Assembly: GCA_001687465.1 (NCBI GenBank)
Contig: LVLI01000633.1
Location: forward strand, 1 to 64,000
Length of the DNA: 64,000 bases
Direction of reading: 5' to 3'
Origin: Halocafeteria seosinensis
Lineage: Eukaryota
Below the pieces are notes generated by a model. It did no database searches and was not told the DNA's origin. It saw nothing but the letters and a program-made list of their open reading frames with translations. A program made the position numbers and the translations under genes. This document shows positions 23,801 through 35,140 of this stretch, in pieces (within the stretch, counting starts at the first letter, position 1; the number at the start of each line of letters is the position of its first letter).

Positions 23801-24370
23801 TCGTGTAAACATAAGGGGTTGTCCAGGAGGAGGGAATTGTATCCCCTTAATTATTTCCATACGATTGTGATGAGACGATGGTTGACGGGGAAGAAAAGCT
23901 ACCACTTGGTGCAATGGGGGAAAGTCTACGACTCCAAAGAAATAATGTTTTCCTCTGTTGTTTTCTGTATCCCTCTTGTCCACTTTTACACTGTTGATCG
24001 CCACTGTGATCCTCTCCCACGAACTGGCAAGTTTTGTATGCTCGCCCGCGGAGCCACTCACCAGCTTAGGTACTGTGGGAACACCAGTTCCTTGATCGAT
24101 GCTACCATTGAAAAATTCTCCTAGATCATTCACGGGGTCAAGTGTGTACCCGTGCAGACAATCGCCGTCTTTCTGTCTCCCTAACAATACGCGCCTACCT
24201 TCGCCTTTGTTGAATACTCCTAAAAACTGCAACAACGACTCCCGAGTAGTCGACTTGTTTCTCCCTTTCAAACGTACGGCAATACCATCATATTGGATTT
24301 GGGACAACGTTATTACGCCTTCATCGCTACAAGACTGGTGTATAATGCGTTGGAAGTCTTCAAGTGACAT
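20804..24370 (-). CDS. SAMD9/SAMD9L-like STAND NTPase with AlbA/Schlafen-like N-terminal modules, intronless (1188 aa)
   Basis: Ordered motifs resembling SAMD9: NS...HYFFGVVD and KFGVQDK (AlbA-like), FELFGPAE...EAQDYFFCSHPISL, IPITTWGPLSGRTSALRR (Walker A position), LSEAE, ILCCIAFVDIF, WLHPTLAIVFLKHL, RRHGEERDFSPLIQFL, LKSRLF...AWEQAVAA (TPR start). Confidence 0.65.
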   Translation of the reverse strand: MSLEDFQRIIHQSCSDEGVITLSQIQYDGIAVRLKGRNKSTTRESLLQFLGVFNKGEGRRVLLGRQKDGDCLHGYTLDPVNDLGEFFNGSIDQGTGVPTVPKLVSGSAGEHTKLASSWERITVAINSVKVDKRDTENNRGKHYFFGVVDFPPLHQVVAFLPRQPSSHHNRMEIIKGIQFPPPGQPLMFTRYGPQILHSKDSSAVIKILQTDFALQPLPHHLSAAKVSVVHPVTHLQQVSEETEEHACLEHKVIPTEEGWSDFLSYQLQMYVPYMLTGPGKAIMKFGVQDKTCEAIGVGFGGRDDRTTLDQYLKGITISVSSIDRLRHSVFNGLKYCVPHVLPGEVSISCSVVYPSVPDETSVSVLRLRAETPMDKVQTEALKKLWNVSVNPLGDSYECKYYLLEEPYLETFNSILAEEDEDNAAEEGDMSQDIEPSSPPKNRILRFRSEQIGLSVRCVIVITVGGHGTFGDRALLSFPPNLGFWKAWMKTKDLDTLRKLLQKARTGAYWKVFVGNEAILHDVHFDATAALQDGEVQSLGNCGKPKLVFVRLARDEVSTTTLSHIWNVLSELNKKDPAPCETVVFISELPEIVCETLTKVYNHNIPAFVYSEANLFHFYGPMNQISATNWLPGFELFGPAEETEDTVEDEELRNEAQDYFFCSHPISLRMLAREVDVELDETKDLRGHIEGVFSRMTQGNVEVIPITTWGPLSGRTSALRRSLFTFSRRGVVCGFQSLEDSALEADLRSTDMTRGAWFPADVLLAVNEGSWQFVKKHMETKVKTKVVLLVICRGSEVPRPLKVSNCQENKMYISGQLSEAETVQIINKLQWAFPDNALLKKVLSNNGPRSQSLPVPCIVAHLVAGTTRSWQTFNIEKLLQQETRGLTEECEAILCCIAFVDIFCSCGAAYSYFTIDFHSKIERMLRNFRLISYNRNFRRYSWLHPTLAIVFLKHLVLKRSNNNQVNWDFVLNNALGDGISFAEPRLFKHLMAEDRVRRHGEERDFSPLIQFLRGPNGNTRSGIEPLLRLLDCLCSLFRALRDDPEIHRSLMVLKSRLFDVVGCLPEAWEQAVAAVGGNVNRPLEVFRRHHTAGRSGTSQRYMASLALRYRNKGVIKNLDPNDCERFFQGAEQELSPSHPSPSVSNPVPNQHRQNHESPVWPTTVMHRELIIVFQEMVHEGEYGEATSTV

Positions 24371-25229
24371 GCTTACTTCCGTTCTTTCTACTTTTTGTGT
24401 TTTAATCGGTACAGTAAATTTCAGTCTCTATCAGAACTCTCCTACGAAATGCGCCGCACCTTTTTTGTGCTGAATAGGCAATGTAGTATACAAGGATGTC
24501 CCCTCCAAAAGAAAAAGAGAATAGAAAAATCAACACACACACTATACGGTATATATAGGGAACCAGCAGTATCGAGAACCAGTTCCCTCTTAATTTGTAC
24601 AACACTTCTGCTAAAATCACTTTGATCCGACGGAAGAGGCTAATACAATGACGTATAAATTAGTCGTATTCAGCAATGCGCAGAATATGTTTGTTGCATA
24701 AGACGACGAACATATCGAATGACCAGGTCGTAGAATCGGCACTTCTGCTGCAAAAGTTCTCCAGCATGTGCGGAAAACGGCGTCAGAAAGGCACCGCATT
24801 TCTGATATTCTATTTCTATTATCTTTTCACACTGTCACATACGCTAAAACTGAATTGATATAAATTTATAAGAGTTTCTCTGTCTCATCTTCTTTTCAGC
24901 TTTCCAGTACGATAGCGCTGAATTGAGGCACATCCTCCGAGGGTCGTTCATTTCAAAGCGTGTTTTGAAAATACGAGAAATCGGCAGAGGATGCGAAGGC
25001 GAAGCCCCATTGTACGAAAGAACCATGTACATAGTGAACTCAGAATCACATGGTCACCCTCATTCGAATCTGGATGTACCATGGGTTACACAAATCGCAT
25101 ACCAAGCTGAAGACCGCCAACTACCACTGGGATCCAATCCGAGAATAGGTCTATAGCGACATCACTAAAAGGATTGCAGTCAAATGGAGACCGCGGATAC
25201 ACCAGACTTTAGTTATTCGTGGACTGCCT

Positions 25230-26125
25230 TTGAGTGGAGCTTGCCTGAGCCATGATACAGCCGAAGAGATAAAGGGTAAAGCTTGGCAGGAAGCCGAGTG
25301 GGTTCCTGAGTTTTTTTTTTTTTCTTCACAAACTGCAGTTGGGAAGCATCCAAGCGGCATGGATACCAATACAAATAATTGCATACAGAGAATTTTTTCC
25401 GGAGTATCGCCAATTCGCCCATCTCGTATCGTTTAGCAAGCTACGAGGCTGCTGCCATACATGATGACAACACGGGACAATCTTTGGCAGGCTACAGCCC
25501 GGAGGAACTCAAGCAAGTGTGCAAAGCTAACGGTTTGCCTATTTATGGTACAAAGCTCGTACTCATCAGACGACTGGACCAATATCGGTGGGAGGATACT
25601 GAAGATGTTGACGACTGTCACCAAGAAGAGGGAGCTCTTTCCCCCACAAACTAGTCGACGGCAGCATTGGTTGAGAATCAAGATGACCATGGCACCTCAG
25701 ATAATGTATCAAGACGCTCTAGTAGAAAACAAGCGGATCGTCCTCCCCATCCTACGCAAACTGACAACTCTGGCGACTCTGAACTCGACAACGAGTCCTC
25801 AGAAGCTTCAACGGAGCCAGATGAAACATATTCAGAAATATATGGCAGTGGAAGCGCTCACTCCATTTCCATTTCCAATAATGGACGTCATGCGTGCAGA
25901 CGAGCAGATATTGGTTATCAGACACGTCGCGCGATAGGCACAACACCGGCTGCAGCTAACGATACCGTCGAAGACCTGCGCAACAAATCCAGAGCTCAAC
26001 TCCAGAAGCTATTTCTCTTCCTATTTATGGTACTCTCTGTTGTGCCTGTGGGACTATTCACCCATGTGGGGAAGTTTATTCGACTGCAGTGCAGATCCTC
26101 GTACGCTAACGTCACGGCATGTTGA
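25230..26125 (+). pseudogene. Disrupted SAP-domain-containing sequence
   Basis: LAGYSPEELKQVCKANGLPIYGTKLVLIRRL is a SAP motif; ORFs 25379-25654 and 25667-26125 share a frame separated by a TAG; upstream poly-T run and stop. Confidence 0.55.
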
Positions 26126-26933
26126 GAAAGGTTACAAATCCTAACCACGTTACGGCCCCTCGTAGGGGATATGAACCCCGTTTGACGGCGACAGGGGTGG
26201 ATGATGGGTACGTCCTGTTACACAGAGGTATCCCAGTATGTATTGAGACGCTTTGATGATTAATTCATTAATTAACGGGGGTGAGGGGGAAGGAGGCCTA
26301 CTACTGCTCGCAGGAGGCTGTCTCAGTTGAATTTCTGCTGAGGATTTGCGACGACAAACCAAGTTGAACGGTTTTGGCATCATAGTAGCGCTCCTGTTTT
26401 GCACGTGGAGAAAGGAGGAGATACCATCAGTGTGAAGGATATATCTGGCTTGATCGTGTGAATTGCCATAATATGGCAACATAAGACAGTGGGGACAAAA
26501 CTGTGCCGAACCAATGCAACTTCCGTAGAGTTTTGGTACAAACAAAAACGCTCTGCGATGCTCCTTGTTGAAAGTAAAGTAGTCCTAGTGTTCATTCAGG
26601 AGTTAGCAGAAGCACGGACCTTCGGCGATGGTGCCGGACTTGCCGGTTTTGAGACCGCAGAAACTACCCTTTATCTTACATGTTTGTTATGGGCCTGAAA
26701 TGTTCTGTCGTAACGGAATCATCGCGCCTCTGCTCATGAAATGCGGGACTGTTAGCGTACTCTCGCTACAGCGACCCGACCACTCACGCATGCTAGCGGG
26801 CGGGAAGTTATCAGGCGTCACTTTGCTCACAAGAAGAACAGTGTTATGGAAACAACCTAGCATGCACATTGTATATGGCGACAAAATGCAGCTAGGCTGA
26901 CTATGGGCCTGTCTTATGGTGGCCCCATACTGC

Positions 26934-26996
26934 TGTGCGCTTGTGCCCGTCGGATTGGATGCAGTATCAGACGTCGGTCAAGTTGGCCTGCAGTAG
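26934..26996 (+). repeat. Imperfect direct repeat, copy B
   Basis: tgtgcgcttgtgcccgtcggattggatgcagtatcagacgtcggtcaagttggcctgcagtag; followed by aaatactttgc as in copy A. Confidence 0.85.
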
Positions 26997-27529
26997 AGCA
27001 GTAGTTGGCATTGACAGCTATGCAAAGGAGAAAAAGACAACACAAAAGTGGATAAAATACTTTGCATACTACCAGCCTGGTAGTACCAGGTGGTAACATA
27101 TATACGAACTCCACCCTGTCCTTTATCCGCCTTCTTAGGAGCAAGAGCAATTTCTCCATGACTGCATAAGTCTTGTTTGGAAGGGGCTAATTTTTGTCGA
27201 CGTTCGCGTACTCCTTCATAACTCACTAAGTCGGCAAGTATGGCATGAGCAAGGTCGCGTACGGCACGAGGCTAAGGTCGCACGTGTAGACGCGGAGGAA
27301 ATTTCCTCCGTCCGGCGCGGAACAGGCAGAGGGTACCACACTACCAAGTATACTATACGCGAATCGAGAGTCTTGTCAGCAGTTTGCGCAAAACTCCAGC
27401 GGGACATTCTTTTCTTAAGGGACTTACTACCACTGCCTGTGTCTACTTTTGTAGCTTCTGTACTGTGTGTACTGTGCACGCGTGTATCCTGTCGGTTGAG
27501 CAAGCACTCCGTTATTATACTCAATCATC

Positions 27530-30500
27530 ATGGCAAGCCAAACCATTGGAAGTTTTGTCTCCAATGTTTTCTCCAAAGATAAGAGTAATGCCTCTTACAA
27601 GGAGCAAAGCAACGTGAAAGAGGCACTTGAAAAGGGAGACATCGGCAAAGTGAAAAAGATCCTGGGAGACGGATCCAAGATCAAGGCCAAGCATCTCAAA
27701 TTCGGAACTGTACGTCGGTACCGATGGTTTTACGTATACGCACCTTGTTGCAAAGTAGTCACCTTTACCGTGTATGTATCTATCTATCTCGCTGCAGTTT
27801 GGGCACCAGTCCCCGCTTCACGTTGTAGCGCATCGCGGATACACTGAGCTGACCGAGTTGCTCCTCGTAAAGTACGGATGCGACGCCAACGCAAGAAATG
27901 ATGTATGTTGTCTCGTTACCTGACGCTGTCTTGACTGTATGTCTTATTTCCGTGTGCCATCAGAAAGGCAACACTCCTGTGATCTCGGCGTGTGAGGCCG
28001 GATTTCCCGACGTCCTCCGTGTTCTGATCGAGAAGGGTAAAGGCGATGTTGATATGCCCAACAATGTAAGACAATTTTCAGTGGAAAACGGAAACTGCTT
28101 TCCTGGATAAACGCGTCAATGTATTGGGACGCAGAAGGGCAAGTTTCCCCTGATGTTTGCACTGCCCAATGTCGACCTGATGCAATTGCTCTTGGAACTC
28201 GGCAAGGCAGATCCGAACAAGACGGGACAAGTACGTAGAGTCTCCCAGCTTTCAACGCTTCGACAACTTATGTTTTACGCTCTATGTTGCAGCACGGAAG
28301 GACGCCGTTGCATAAAGTGATCACCCTTCAAAAAGTGAAAGCGATTGAACTGCTGCTTAAAAATGGTGCCGATCCAAACATTCGGGACAACGTAAGTTTG
28401 TCAAACAAGTTTCTGCCTGGTTGAATCGTTTTAGAAAAATGGTCGAACTTTGTTCAGGAAAAGGGAAGTACCCCGTTGGCATTCGCCGTCCCTAACGTAT
28501 CCATGATGAAATTGCTGATCGAGCAAGGCAACGTTGACCCTAATCAGGAAGTTCAGGTATGCTTTAGCTCATTGAGGACGATACTGACGACACATACATC
28601 TTATTTATCATAGTTCTTCAGAAAGGAAAGACAGCGCTGCATATGGCGCTCGCCAATGAGAATGAAGAAGCCGTGAAGTTTCTGCTTAGTGCGGGAGCTA
28701 ATCCTGTTTCCGAAGACGAGGTATGCAAATTCTTATAAACAGGGTTACATAAGCGAGGGGTATCATACGCACTTCTCTTTTGTATGCTGCTACTGCAGGC
28801 AGGAAACACCCCCCTTATGCTTGCTTTCAACAACGTGACCATCATGAAGCACTTATTAGATTCCGGAAGAGTGGATGCAAATCAGACGACAAAGGTAGGT
28901 CGCCGGACTGCTTGACGACTTCTGTACGCATTCAGCAGTTAGCTTACCGAATTGCAGAAAGGAAAAATAGCTCTCCATGAAGCTGTTCTTGCAAAAAACC
29001 GGCAAGCTGTGGAAATTTTGCTGAAGAGTGGTGCGGATCCAAATCTAGTGGATAAGGTACGAAGCTATGGAAGGTAGCTACTGGGCGTGTGATTATATCA
29101 ATGAGATTCTACTTTACGTGCAGAACGGAATGTCTGCATTGCGGTACGCTCTGCCGGACGAGGAATACCTGAAACTTCTGCTCGACTACGGCAAAGCAGA
29201 TGCAAACCAGGCAGACGAGGTAATCTTGCGTTTTCCATCGCCAATTTCCTCCTCGTATGGAATAACTCTTGTACCTACTGTCTTGTCTGTGCGTATTCCA
29301 GAAAGGAAGAACTGCACTGCACATTACTGCTGAGGCGAATGAGATAGCTCCCACAGACTTGTTGCTAAAGTTTGGAGCAAATCCGAATGCTGTTGACAAC
29401 GTAAAGATACAGTGACACCGCTTTGTGAGGTTTGCCTGCAGAGCGTGGAGTTATTTTACTCTTGCAGATGGGAAATATTCCATTAATGTACTCGGTAGAG
29501 AATGTGACCATGTTGGAAAAACTATTGGGTTATGCTGATCCGAATCAGCGAGGAGAAGTATGTGCTTGTATGGCGGTGCCCCATTTCTTTTGTTTATCTG
29601 GACCAAGCAAAGTGTGCTGACTCAAATATTTGCCAGAACGGGCGAACAGCGCTCCATAAAGCCGTTATCCACAATCTTGAGTCCATCAATGCTCTTCTCA
29701 GAGCGGGTGCGGATCCAGATCTCGCAGACAAAGTACGTATAAATTACTGAAAGCTACTCAAATACAGAGAAGAACACTGTAGCAAGCGCAGAAAGGAAGA
29801 ACGCCTCTATGGTACGCTATTCCGGATGTATCCGCTATGGAACTCTTGCTATCAAAGGCAGACCCAAATCAGGTAGTGAATGTAAGAAAATGGACAGGAC
29901 TGCTGCCTTTTTTGCTGTCTATCGATAAATTTTTGAGCATCCGCAGGGTCAACCAATCCTTCACTTTGCTGTCGTAAGAGGCTACCAAGAAGCCACCGAA
30001 CTTCTCTTGAAGAATGGGGCAGATCCGCACATCAAAGACGAGGTACTTGACGGAGTCATGCGGTTGTTTACTTTGACAGAAGTCAGTGGTGCTATCTTCT
30101 TATTCCAGAATGACAATTGTGTTTTACACCATGCGTTCCGATCCTCTCGGAATGTGTTAATGATCAATTCCCTAGTTGTTAACTGGAGTCGAGAACCGAA
30201 CCATCAGAACAAAGTAAGCTGTTGTCATATTCTTAAGGAGCCTAATACTGCTTTGCTTACGGTTCAAAACATGCAGGAAGGTCAAGGCCCTCTGCATGTT
30301 GCAGCTGCTTCGTTGGTCCCGGCACAAGCTGTCGATTGTCTGCTTCGAGAAGGTATAGCGGATCCAGAGCTAGAGGATCGTGTAAGTCTTTTGCGCGCTA
30401 CTGTGTCAGTTGGGAGAAAACATGAAGGATGTGAAAGGTACAGGATGGGGAATATCCACTAGGAATAGCCGTTCGTTGTGGCAACTTGAGCTGTGTGAAA

Positions 30501-30941
30501 GCCTTGGTAGTTACAGGGAGAGCAAAACCGACAATTACAGATGAGGTACGAGCAGCGTTCTTCAGCAGTAACGTCGTTCACCAGGAACCAAGAAGTATCA
30601 ATGCAGGTCGGAAATACACTGCTCCATCTTTCCGCTCAGAACTCGGCGAGTCCGTGGACTGAAGCGACTTCATCCTCTCAGGACTCTCCTTATGTGGACA
30701 TCGCAAGGTTCCTCGTTGAAGAGTGTAAACTTGACCCTCGGATTGGAAACAAGGTAAGTTAAGGTCGCACATTGTCAGCTTGTACGAGCTACTAGTTTAG
30801 CTTGTGACTCCATTACAGAAAGGTCAAACACCCTCAGAGAGAGCAAAGATGTTGGGCGCGACTGCGGTGGCAAAGTACTTTGATTCCGTTATCAGTTCGT
30901 TGGAGGAACCTAACCCGGACCGCATGGACAAATACATGTAA
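27530..30941 (+). CDS. Ankyrin-repeat protein, ~20 exons, about one ANK repeat per exon
   Basis: Successive ~90-105-nt exons each encode G.T(P/A)LH.A...LL..GADPN; introns phase 0 at the same repeat position; final exon ends ...MDKYM*. Confidence 0.9.
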
Positions 30942-31485
30942 GGGGAAGCAACGGCCAATTTTCATGTAGGATGCATTTCTCTTCTAGGACCATAGTGTAG
31001 CACTGTTTACACTCCATGGTACATACAAATATAAACTATCCACCTTTGGACACGCACACATATGTGACAGATAGCCCACCGGCCGGGGAGTTCAGATGGC
31101 AAGTGCATATCTCATTTCTTGTTGCGATTTCCGAAAATCAAGAGAAGCCGAAAGAAGCTTAGTGCATGTATGTTCAGTCTTTGCCCACTTAGGGCTATTA
31201 CTGCTGAAACTACTTGTTTCCAAAGTAGAACGTTGCTACATGCACCTCCAAGTTCCAGAACGCCTCTCTTAAGACTTCCCAACAACTGTAACTTTTCGTG
31301 GAGAAGACAATCTTTTCGTTCACCTATTGGATTGATTGATTCGTGTCTGTGTGGCAGCCAGCATGCCTATCAAAGCGAATGCAATCAGTGTTTTGTCGGT
31401 TGCACTTTCTTAGACACTGCTGGTTAGACTTCGCGCTGATCTGTCGAACCATTGAACTTTCTGTGGCGAAGGAATTCAAAGCACA

Positions 31486-34400
31486 ATGGCTGACGCTGCA
31501 GCATCCAATGCAGCGAATCCAGAGGATCAGCTCCCTCGAAATGAGAACGGGGACATCCTCGGTCCGGATGGGGAGCCCTTGAGCAAGAAGCAGCTCAAGA
31601 AATTGAAACAAGGAAAGCTAAAATTGGACAAGAAGGAGAAGAAAGAGGTGCGTTTAACCCCAGAGCACTTTGCGTAGAGAGACTCCCAGGGGGACGGGCA
31701 CCACTGGTTCTTTTTGTAGTTCTTCGCCCCCTTCCACAGGGGAAGGCACGGGAGTTCATGCACTGTGTGGATAATGCGTTCTTGACGTAATTTTCGCCGA
31801 TAATGTACTTGCAGTTTAATGCACCCAAGCAAAAAGCGAAGAAAACCGGTCAGAAACTTGATTTTGTAGATGAAACCCCCCGAGGTGAAAAGAAAGGTGA
31901 GGAAGTTAAACAGTTTTTCGGCAATCCACAAGTCATTTTGAGTTGATGGCAATTTCTTTATGCTCAATTCAGATATGAAAAAACCAATGATGGATCAGTA
32001 TTTCCCCAAAGCCGTCGAGTCTGCTTGGGACGCTTGGTGGGAGAAACAAGGATACTACACAGCTGATGCTGAAAAAGCAGCACAGGCGTCGGAAGATGAA
32101 AAATTCTCTCTGGTAATTCCTCCCCCTAATGTGACAGGCTCGTTGCATCTGGGTCATGCGCTAACTGTTGCAATCGAAGACACTCTTGTCCGATGGAATC
32201 GGATGAAGGGGAAGCACGTCGTGTGGCTTCCGGGTATCGATCATGCGGGGATTGCCACGCAAAATGTTGTCGAGAAAAAGCTTGCCAAAGAGGGCATTAC
32301 GAGGCACGATCTGGGCCGTGAGGAGTTTGTTAGAAATGTTTACGAATGGAAGGAGAAGTACGGAGGGAAGATTTTTAATCAACTGCGACACCTGGGTGTG
32401 TCTGTCGATTGGAGCAGGGAGCGATTTACAATGGACGAGGGTCTCTCCCATGCTGTCAACGAATCGTTTGTTCGTATGTACGAGGATGGGCTTATATATA
32501 GGTACGAAGATTGCTCAGGGTCTATACTCGCTACGGCACGTATTTTATGCCCACCAATTTTCCTACTTGCAGAGATACCCGGTTGGTCAACTGGTGTTCT
32601 CGTCTTAGAACTGCGGTGGCTGATATTGAAGTAGACCACATTGATCTAGAGAAACGAACATTCATGACTGTGCCGGGCCATGGTGAAGATAAAAAATATG
32701 AGTTTGGGGTCTTAGTTAGCTTCGCCTATAAGGTTGATGGCTCAGACGAAGAATTGGTTGTGGCTACCACGCGATTGGAAACGATGCTCGGCGATAGTGG
32801 TGTAGCAGTGCATCCTGATGACCCCCGATACAAGCATCTCCAGGGAAAGTTGCTCGTGCATCCTTTCAATGGAAGGAAGTTGCCGATAGTAGAAGATTCA
32901 GAACTCGTGGACATGGAGTTTGGTACTGGCGCTGTCAAAATAACGCCTGCTCATGATCCGAATGACTACGCCTGTGGGAAGCGTCATAATCTGGCGCAGA
33001 TCAATATTTTGAATGATGATGGTACAATCAACGAAGAGGGGGGACCATTCGCTAGTATGATGAGGTTTGACGCAAGAAATGCTGTTGAAAAAGCTCTAGA
33101 GGAGAAGGGTCTGTTGAGAGGGAAAACGGACAATAAGATGCGTCTTGGCTTGTGCAGCCGGACGGGTGATGTTATCGAGCCAATGCTCAAACCACAATGG
33201 TGGGTGGATTGTTCAGGCATGGCTCGACAAGCGAGTGATGCTGTTCGAAACGGAGATCTAGAAATTTTACCAGAGTTTCATCGCGATACTTGGTTTCGCT
33301 GGTTGGATAACATCAGAGACTGGTGCATTAGTCGGCAATTGTGGTGGGGACATAGAATTCCTGCATTTTTGGGGTGTTTGAGTGGTGAAACTCCTCCCCA
33401 AGACCCTTCTGCACAAAACTGGTTTGTTGGGCGAACGGAAGATGAGGCACGGGAGAAAGCGGCGAAGTTTTTTGGGGTGTCAAAAGAACAAGTAGACCTT
33501 CAACAAGATGAAGATGTCCTAGATACGTGGTATAGTAGCGGTTTGTTTCCATTTTCCACGTTTGGGTGGCCAGATGAAAACAGCAAGGATCTACATGCAT
33601 TCTATCCGAACAGTTTGCTTGAGACAGGACATGACATCATATTTTTCTGGGTGGCAAGGATGGTCATGATGGGACTACAGTTGACCAATAAGCTTCCTTT
33701 CAAGAAGGTGTACCTGCACGCTATGATCCGGGACAAATACGGGCGTAAAATGAGCAAGAGTCGAGGCAATGTAATAGATCCTATGGAGGTCATAGAAGGC
33801 TGCGGTCTAGAGACTTTACATCAGAAGCTGGAAGAAGGAAACTTGCATCCTAAAGAGATTGAGAAAGCGAAGGAAGGCCAAAAGAAAGAATTCCCAGAAG
33901 GTATTCCGGAATGTGGCGCAGATGCTCTTAGACTGGGGCTACTGTCTTACACTATACAGGGTCGTGATATCAATCTTGATATCAATCGGGTAGTTGGCTT
34001 TCGTAATTTCTGCAACAAAATTTGGAACGCTACGCGATTCGCCCTTTCTCATTTTCCGGACGGCTTCGGAAAGGGTATGACTATTACCGGTGTTTACGAT
34101 ACACTTATTCATCAGTCCCAAAAACTGGCTCCCCGCGATAAATGGATACTTGATCGTCTGAATAACTGTGTGGAATCAGTAAATAGTAACTTGCAGAACA
34201 TGATCTTCGGGGAAGCTGCTGGTGCGCTATACTCGTTTTGGCTATATGAACTGTGTGACGTATATCTCGAGCTCACGAAACCTGTTTTTCACAATCAAGG
34301 GGATAGTGAAGGTGCTGAATTTGCCCGGTATACGCTTTACGCCTGCTTAGATACGGCATTGCGTTTGCTGCACCCCATCATGCCGTTTGTAACTGAAGAA

Positions 34401-35006
34401 CTGTGGCAGCGGTTACCGTTACGTGGAGCATCTTGGGACAACCAATCAGCGGACCCTTCATCGATTATGGTTGCTCCTTACCCTCATTTCTTGGAGGGTT
34501 TCAAATTTGATGGAGCAGATGAAAACATGAGTAAAGTCAAGGATGTAGTCCGGGCTATTCGTTCCATTCGTGCAGATGCAAATCTGAAACGGTCCAAGCA
34601 AGTAAGCACATACGTTGTAAGCGATGACTCAGAGTACGCTAAGATAATGGAGGAGCAAGCAGAGGACGTTAAGACGTTGGCTGTTGCAAAGGATTTGACA
34701 GTGTCTGCTGATTCGACAGCTATTCCCCAGGGATGTGCGGCTAGCGTAGTGAATGAGAACGTTACTGTCAACGTTTTGATGAAGGGGTTGATCGATGATC
34801 CGGAGCAGGAAATAGCTAAACTTGACAAGGATATAGAGAAAAAGCAGACGTCGATTATTGCACTCGAGAAGAAGATGTCAATGCCAGAATACGAAACTAA
34901 GGTACCCGAGAATGTGCGTGAGCAGAATTCTGAGAAATTGAGCTCCTTGAAAGCTGAGGTGGAGCAATTGCAAAAAAGCAAGGAGCGTCTTGCTAGCTGG
35001 AGTTAA
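31486..35006 (+). CDS. VARS: Valyl-tRNA synthetase (4 exons)
   Basis: [42 protein letters not shown]-terminal coiled coil; introns ~31648-31813, 31898-31972, 32502-32573. Confidence 0.97.
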
Positions 35007-35140
35007 TGAGTAAGCGCCATGATACTATTTAAAAGAGATACGACAGACGTTATTATATATATTACCAATGTACAACGTTCATGCTCGGTTTGAACATCGT
35101 CCACATGCTGTGAGTTTCAACTAACACCGATAGAGAGGAG

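Noticed and set aside
24640..25440. MULE/SWIM transposase remnant upstream of the SAP motif
   Set aside because: TNN-like words are in a different frame from the SAP motif; no DDE or SWIM motif or TIRs found.
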